Position numbers and translations under genes: made by a program. A stretch of DNA of 12,437 bases from a virus. Its lineage: Duplodnaviria; Heunggongvirae; Uroviricota; Caudoviricetes. Below are positions 6,769-12,437 of the stretch, piece after piece. Numbering within the stretch: the stretch's first letter is position 1; each line of letters starts with the position of its first letter. A model generated the notes under the pieces. The model saw only the letters and a list, made by a program, of their open reading frames with translations. It ran no database searches and was not told the DNA's origin. The stretch is taken from the IMG/VR virus record IMGVR_UViG_2671180415_000014; one strand, given 5' to 3'.

Positions 6769-8949
6769 ATGAGCAAATTCACAGTTGATAGTTTTATCGT
6801 TGAACTTAGTTTCAGTGAAAACGTTATTAAGGGCTTGCAAAGAGTTGAAAAGGCAGCTTTGCAGTCAGCACAAAGAATTGAACGCAATTTGAATAGAGCG
6901 TTTAAGGTCGATACCAAGCAACTTGACAGCAATCTGACAAGTTCTTTAGGGCAGCTTGAAAGGAAGTTTAATAAGACCTTTGACAAGATTGAGCAGAGAG
7001 CAAGAAGCACAAAAGCATTTCAGTTTGCCACCAGATTTAATGACACTGTTAATCCTCCAAAACAATCAAGGCAACCACGAATTAGCGGAAACAGAGCAAT
7101 CACAGCAGCGCATAGCGTGAATATGTCTAAGCTTGGTGATATTAATCCGCTGATGGCTAAAATGTTTAAAGCACAGTATTACAGCTTAAGCGGTAAGGCT
7201 GGTAATATTGGAAGTGAAAAGTTTAACGCTGAACTTGCAAAATTAAATCAATCTCTTCGTGAAACGTTGAATAAACTCAGGTCACAGACAAAGACCGCCA
7301 GCATTAACAATACAAGCGACGCATTTAATAATCTTGCAAGCAATGCGATTAAATTATCTGGTGCATTTTACTCTGTGATGGGTGCTCTTAACGCTTACAA
7401 GGCCATTATGAATGCAGGTCTTAAACGAGATTCCGCACAGAGAGCCGCTAAGTTTGTACTTGGTGATAAAGCATCTGAAGCTGAGGTATTTATTCGAAAT
7501 TTAGCAGACAAGACAGGTCTTAATATCTCTGAAGGGCTATCAAGCTACGCTAAGTTTGCAGCAGGTGCTCAGGGTTCTATGTCACAGGAACAGACACAGG
7601 AGCTATTTGGTAATGCAACGGCTATGAGTCGCTTAATGGGGCTTTCTAACGATGAGCTAAACGGCATTTTGAGAGCATTTGAGCAGATGGCGAGCAAGGG
7701 CAAGATTCAGGCTGAGGAATTACGTGGGCAGTTAGGTGACCGTATGGCTGGTGCATTTAAGCTATTCGCTGAAGCATTGGGTATGACTGCTACAGAGCTT
7801 GATGCAGCCATGAAAAACGGGAAGGTACTTTCCGCTGATACTCTCCCTAAAGTCGCTAAACAGATGGGCTTGATGATTGATAAAGCGGGTGGCTGGGCTG
7901 AAGTCACTAAGAGCACTCAGACAGCTTTAGGTAAGTTAGCAAACAATTGGGATGATACGATGGTGAAAATCTTCTCAGGTTCACAGGATGAGCTAAACGG
8001 CTTCTTATCCAGCCTGAGTAACCTGCTTAGTGAAATGGGGATGAGTTCTTCTATCGCTGGTGATGCTATCGGTGGACTTATCGACATGCTTAAAGCTGGT
8101 GTAGATGATATTCGCGTATTCAATAACACCATTGAAGGCTGGATTTTACAGACTAAGAAGTTCTATTACAGCCTTGATGACACTAAACGAAAACTACTTG
8201 ATGAAGTCGGTGATGGTTTTATCAACTTCGTCAAAGGTCTTGCTATAGCGTTATCTGCAAAGACGCTATTCAGTGCTACTACAGGGGTTATGAACCTGAC
8301 AAGAGCAATCACAACGTTAGGTACAAGAGCTAATCAGGTGGCTGGTCAGGTAGCTACTGGTAAAGGTGGTGGAAAACTGAAAGGTGTAGCTGGTGGTGTA
8401 GGTAGTGCTCTTGCAATTGGTTATGCTGATGACGGTTATGAAACAGCGTTAGCATTAGCTTCAATGATTCCACAAATCAGAGGCGTCACTCTTGGTTTAT
8501 ATGCATTGAAGAAAGCACTGGATTTTATGAATCAGGAAGTAGTCAAAAACGCTAATATGCATCCGTCTGGGGTAGGTGTGGGTAGTGACTTTAATCCCGT
8601 GTATTCTGGTGACCCTAATAAACCGAATATGATTAACGAAGGATGGAGTAGAATTTTTAGTTCAATGGGTGAATTGTTTAACAATGCCACAATGAATATT
8701 GCAAGATTCAATCATCCAGAGTTAAACAACATTAAGCAAGATTCAGCATTAACGAGTGCAGATATTCAGGGTCTGAGGGATGAAATTAGTGCTTTGAGTA
8801 AGCGTATTCAGGAGCCAGTGAAAGTTTCACTTGGTGGTCAAGTTGTCGTTCGACCAGATGAACCATCTTTCTTTACTTTCAATCAATCAGCTAATGACCA
8901 GTTCACGCAGGATATGCTCTTAAGTTCAAGCTATCCAGAGGAAGAATGA
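6769..8949 (+). CDS. Phage tail tape measure protein, 726 aa
   Basis: RBS agaggtg 8 nt upstream. Long helical N-terminal part; the segment LRAFEQMASKGKIQAEELRGQLGDRMAGAFKLFAEALGMTATELDAAMKNGKVLSADTLPKVAKQMG matches my recollection of the conserved tape-measure domain; glycine-rich hydrophobic segment GGGKLKGVAGGVGSALAIGYA. Size fits a tape measure. Confidence 0.75.
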   Translation: MSKFTVDSFIVELSFSENVIKGLQRVEKAALQSAQRIERNLNRAFKVDTKQLDSNLTSSLGQLERKFNKTFDKIEQRARSTKAFQFATRFNDTVNPPKQSRQPRISGNRAITAAHSVNMSKLGDINPLMAKMFKAQYYSLSGKAGNIGSEKFNAELAKLNQSLRETLNKLRSQTKTASINNTSDAFNNLASNAIKLSGAFYSVMGALNAYKAIMNAGLKRDSAQRAAKFVLGDKASEAEVFIRNLADKTGLNISEGLSSYAKFAAGAQGSMSQEQTQELFGNATAMSRLMGLSNDELNGILRAFEQMASKGKIQAEELRGQLGDRMAGAFKLFAEALGMTATELDAAMKNGKVLSADTLPKVAKQMGLMIDKAGGWAEVTKSTQTALGKLANNWDDTMVKIFSGSQDELNGFLSSLSNLLSEMGMSSSIAGDAIGGLIDMLKAGVDDIRVFNNTIEGWILQTKKFYYSLDDTKRKLLDEVGDGFINFVKGLAIALSAKTLFSATTGVMNLTRAITTLGTRANQVAGQVATGKGGGKLKGVAGGVGSALAIGYADDGYETALALASMIPQIRGVTLGLYALKKALDFMNQEVVKNANMHPSGVGVGSDFNPVYSGDPNKPNMINEGWSRIFSSMGELFNNATMNIARFNHPELNNIKQDSALTSADIQGLRDEISALSKRIQEPVKVSLGGQVVVRPDEPSFFTFNQSANDQFTQDMLLSSSYPEEE

Positions 8950-8961
8950 TTTAACGGTGTT

Positions 8962-9014
8962 CTACGTGAATAAAGCAAAGTTAATACCCACACCAAAAAT
9001 TATTTTTCACGTAG
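8962..9014. promoter_or_regulatory. Inverted repeat ctacgtgaa ... ttcacgtag (9-13 bp arms, about 35-bp spacer) after the tape-measure gene
   Basis: Read directly. Not followed by a T-run, so not a canonical intrinsic terminator. Confidence 0.3.
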
Positions 9015-9044
9015 CTCACGCTTAACAGAGAAAATACATATATA

Positions 9045-9850
<806 letters not shown>

Positions 9851-10000
9851 TTTGGCATCCATCTCCGATCACAGTTTGGCATCACAATCGATCACGATTT
9901 GGCATACTTCCGATCATTGATTGGAATTCGCCAGTCACTCCGGGAATTAACTCTTTTCACCACAGTCTCCATTGCCGTGTTTAAACCAGTGGAGACGTCA

Positions 10001-11566
10001 ATGTCCAAAAAGAGAAAATCCAGGAGCACTATGGAAACTTGTTTTAAGATCCTTCAGCTCAAGTTCGATAAGAAGCTGACTAACCGTTGTATCGGACTGA
10101 CGTTACACATCAGCGCCTCAACCGTTTTTGAGGTTCTTGCCCGCTTCAAAGCCTCTTCTCTGTCATGGCCATTACCTGCGGATATATCCCATGACACGCT
10201 GGAGAAACTCATTTTCCCGCCCAAAGACACCTCTGCGTCAGAGCTTGTTATGCCTGACATGCTGTACTTCGATACGGAAATGAGAAAACCTGGCGTGACG
10301 CGCCAACTGTTGTGGATGGAATACAAGGCACAGGCGGGTGACAAAGCGATGGGATACTCACACTTCTGCCGTTGCTACCGGAAGTGGAAAAAAACGCGAC
10401 GCCTCTCCATGCGACAGGAGCATCGTGCTGGCGAAAAGCTCTTTATCGACTTCTGTGGTCCTACGGTCCCTGTTATTAATCCGGACACCGGAGAGATACG
10501 CCGCGTGGCAATCTTCGTGGCTGTAATGGGGGCGTCCAACTATACCTATGTTGAAGCGTGCGAAGGTCAGGACATGATGTCATGGTTAAATGCCCACAGC
10601 CGTTGCCTGACCTTCCTGGGCGGCGTACCGAAGCTGCTCATCCCCGATAACCTCAGAAGCGCAGTGAAAAAAGCCGATCGCTATGAGCCTGTCATCAACG
10701 ACAGTTATCAGGCGCTGGCTGAGCACTATGGCACGGTTATTATCCCGGCCCGCCCGCGCAAACCTAAAGATAAACCAAAAGCAGAAAACGGCGTCCTCAT
10801 CGTCGAGCGATGGCTTCTTGCCCGCATCCGTAATGAAACCTTCCACACGCTCAGGGCGCTGAATGCACGCCTTCGGGAGTTGCTGACGGACATGAATAAC
10901 CGACCAATGAAGGGATACGGTAATCAAACCCGCGCAGAACGCTTCCGCATGCTGGATGCACCAGCACTCTCTCCGCTGCCTCTGGAGCCTTATGAATACA
11001 CGGAATACAAAGCCGTGAAGGTTGGCCCTGACTACCACGTTGAATATGCCCGTCACTGGTACTCCGTTCCACACGAACTGGTCGGTCAGCGTCTGTCACT
11101 GAAGGTGGGGCAGTCGGTGGTACAGCTCTGGCACAAGGGGCAGTGTGTGGCGCAACATCCGCGCAGCACACATGAATATAAACACACAACCAATCCGCTT
11201 CACATGCCAGAACGCCACCGGCGGCATGGGACATGGACACCGGAACGCCTTATCGAGCAGGGAAACCGTACAGGTCCGTCCACAGGCCGGGTGGTTGAAT
11301 CCATGCTGAAAGCCAAACCCCATCCGGAGCTGGCTTACCGTGCAGTCCTGGGTCTGCTGGCACTTCAGAAAAAATACGGCCCGGAACGGCTGGAAAAGGC
11401 CTGTTACGTTGCCCTGCACTATAACGCCCCGGACAGACGCTTTATCGACAATCTGCTGCGTCATCATCGGGATAACGTTGAGCTTCCGTTATCCCGCCAG
11501 GGCGAACAACATCCGGCATATGCTTCAGAGCATGAAAACCTGCGTGGTCCTGGCTACTACCACTGA
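10001..11566 (+). CDS. istA: IS21-family transposase IstA, 521 aa
   Basis: RBS ggaga 5 nt upstream of the ATG at 10001; N-terminal HTH region; long DDE-type core; followed 16 bp later by istB. The ORF-track start at 9899 lies inside the terminal repeats and is unlikely. Confidence 0.85.
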   Translation: MSKKRKSRSTMETCFKILQLKFDKKLTNRCIGLTLHISASTVFEVLARFKASSLSWPLPADISHDTLEKLIFPPKDTSASELVMPDMLYFDTEMRKPGVTRQLLWMEYKAQAGDKAMGYSHFCRCYRKWKKTRRLSMRQEHRAGEKLFIDFCGPTVPVINPDTGEIRRVAIFVAVMGASNYTYVEACEGQDMMSWLNAHSRCLTFLGGVPKLLIPDNLRSAVKKADRYEPVINDSYQALAEHYGTVIIPARPRKPKDKPKAENGVLIVERWLLARIRNETFHTLRALNARLRELLTDMNNRPMKGYGNQTRAERFRMLDAPALSPLPLEPYEYTEYKAVKVGPDYHVEYARHWYSVPHELVGQRLSLKVGQSVVQLWHKGQCVAQHPRSTHEYKHTTNPLHMPERHRRHGTWTPERLIEQGNRTGPSTGRVVESMLKAKPHPELAYRAVLGLLALQKKYGPERLEKACYVALHYNAPDRRFIDNLLRHHRDNVELPLSRQGEQHPAYASEHENLRGPGYYH

Positions 11567-11582
11567 CAGAAGGAACAACCGT

Positions 11583-12338
11583 ATGAGTGATAATCTGTTA
11601 AACAAACTGACCCAACTGAAACTCCCGGCGATGGCCGGGAGCCTGATACGGCAACGGGAAACGCCTCAGACTTACGACGAACTGTCGTTCGAGGAAAGGC
11701 TGACACTGCTGGTTGATGACGAGCTTCTGAGCAGAGAAAACAGTCGTGTGGCACGGTTGAGAAAAAATGCCTGCCTGAAATATCAGGCAACACCGGAAGG
11801 GCTGCGTTATCCGGCCTCAAGAGGTCTGCGGGCTGAACAGATGAGGGAACTGCTGAACGGCCACTACATAATCCACAGGAAAAACCTACTGATAACCGGT
11901 CCGACAGGATGCGGTAAGAGCTGGATAGCCAATGCGCTGGGCGAACAGGCATGTCGACAGAAATACAGCGTCCGGTACTGTAGAACCGGGCGATTACTGG
12001 AACAGTTGGCTCAGGGACGTGTTGATGGCAGTTGGCTGAAATATCTGAAACAGTTGCAAAAAATACAGGTTCTAATCCTGGACGATCTGGGGCTGGAACA
12101 GTTAAGTAACGCCCAGTGTAATGACCTTCTGGAGATCACAGAGGATCGTTACGGACAAAGCAGCACGATAGTGGTAAGCCAGTTCCCGGTAGATAAATGG
12201 CATGGTCTGATGGAGAACCCAACAACAGCAGATGCCATCCTGGACAGACTGGTACATAACTCACACAGAGTGGTCCTTCAGGGAGAGTCCCTGAGGAAAA
12301 ATCCCCCGACAGTGGAAAGCAGCGAAAAAACGAGTTAA
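11583..12338 (+). CDS. istB: IS21-family ATP-binding helper protein IstB, 251 aa
   Basis: Walker A GPTGCGKS and Walker B VLILDDLG; RBS aggaa 7 nt upstream. The ORF-track start at 11340 overlaps istA in another frame and is unlikely. Confidence 0.85.
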   Translation: MSDNLLNKLTQLKLPAMAGSLIRQRETPQTYDELSFEERLTLLVDDELLSRENSRVARLRKNACLKYQATPEGLRYPASRGLRAEQMRELLNGHYIIHRKNLLITGPTGCGKSWIANALGEQACRQKYSVRYCRTGRLLEQLAQGRVDGSWLKYLKQLQKIQVLILDDLGLEQLSNAQCNDLLEITEDRYGQSSTIVVSQFPVDKWHGLMENPTTADAILDRLVHNSHRVVLQGESLRKNPPTVESSEKTS

Positions 12339-12364
12339 AAAGCGGTAGAAAAAGTTAAGTTCCC

Positions 12365-12430
12365 GGTTGATCGAATGGATGCGAATCGCTGATCGAACTT
12401 CGATGCCAATCCGTGATCGAATAGAGCGGA
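12365..12430 (-). repeat. IS right-end repeats (tgatcgaa / atgccaat units), inverted relative to the left-end repeats
   Basis: Three copies of tgatcgaa at about 24-bp spacing, reverse-complementary to the cgatca...ttggcat units at the left end. Truncated by the window end. Confidence 0.6.
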
Positions 12431-12437
12431 ATACGCA

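Noticed and set aside
7707-8132. Minus-strand ORFs inside the tape-measure gene (7707-7916, 7917-8132)
   Set aside because: Antisense shadow ORFs within a well-supported long gene, with no RBS and biased composition.
9899-10000. Longer IstA starting at 9899
   Set aside because: The extension lies within the IS terminal repeat array and lacks an RBS. The ATG at 10001 has a ggaga RBS and begins the basic N-terminus typical of the family.
10054-11952. Minus-strand and alternate-frame ORFs inside the IS (10054-10344, 10338-10526, 10586-11074, 10851-11240, 11096-11467, 11557-11952)
   Set aside because: They overlap istA/istB, which carry clear transposase and Walker motifs. These are typical spurious ORFs in GC-richer DNA.

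Overview
AT-rich phage-derived region, apparently a degraded or mosaic prophage, ending in a GC-richer IS21-family insertion sequence that runs off the window (probable contig end). Left to right: (1) a 26-bp 12-2-12 palindrome and a 30-bp direct repeat flanking a 212-bp N-masked block, immediately upstream of a small serine recombinase (invertase/resolvase type, 582-1133); (2) a phage-type N6-adenine DNA methyltransferase (NPPY motif) that appears fused to a C-terminal resolvase-like HTH (1502-2164); (3) a lambda-O-like replication initiator carrying four 22-bp iterons plus an AT-rich tract inside its own coding sequence (2547-3368, with the origin at 2891-3060); (4) a run of small, partly translationally coupled ORFs of unknown function, including a minus-strand single-TM protein and a 25-aa hydrophobic peptide (3474-5322); (5) a putative promoter/operator and a tail module with a tape-measure protein (6769-8949); (6) a downstream tail gene that is frameshifted and whose 3' end runs into the IS (9106-9850); (7) IS21-family istA/istB with tandem terminal repeats (about 9798 to window end). 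No head, terminase, lysis, integrase or repressor genes are visible. Four N-masked blocks (263-474, 3132-3361, 4613-4836, 5482-5756) hide parts of several features. All family assignments are from reading motifs by eye; no searches were run.
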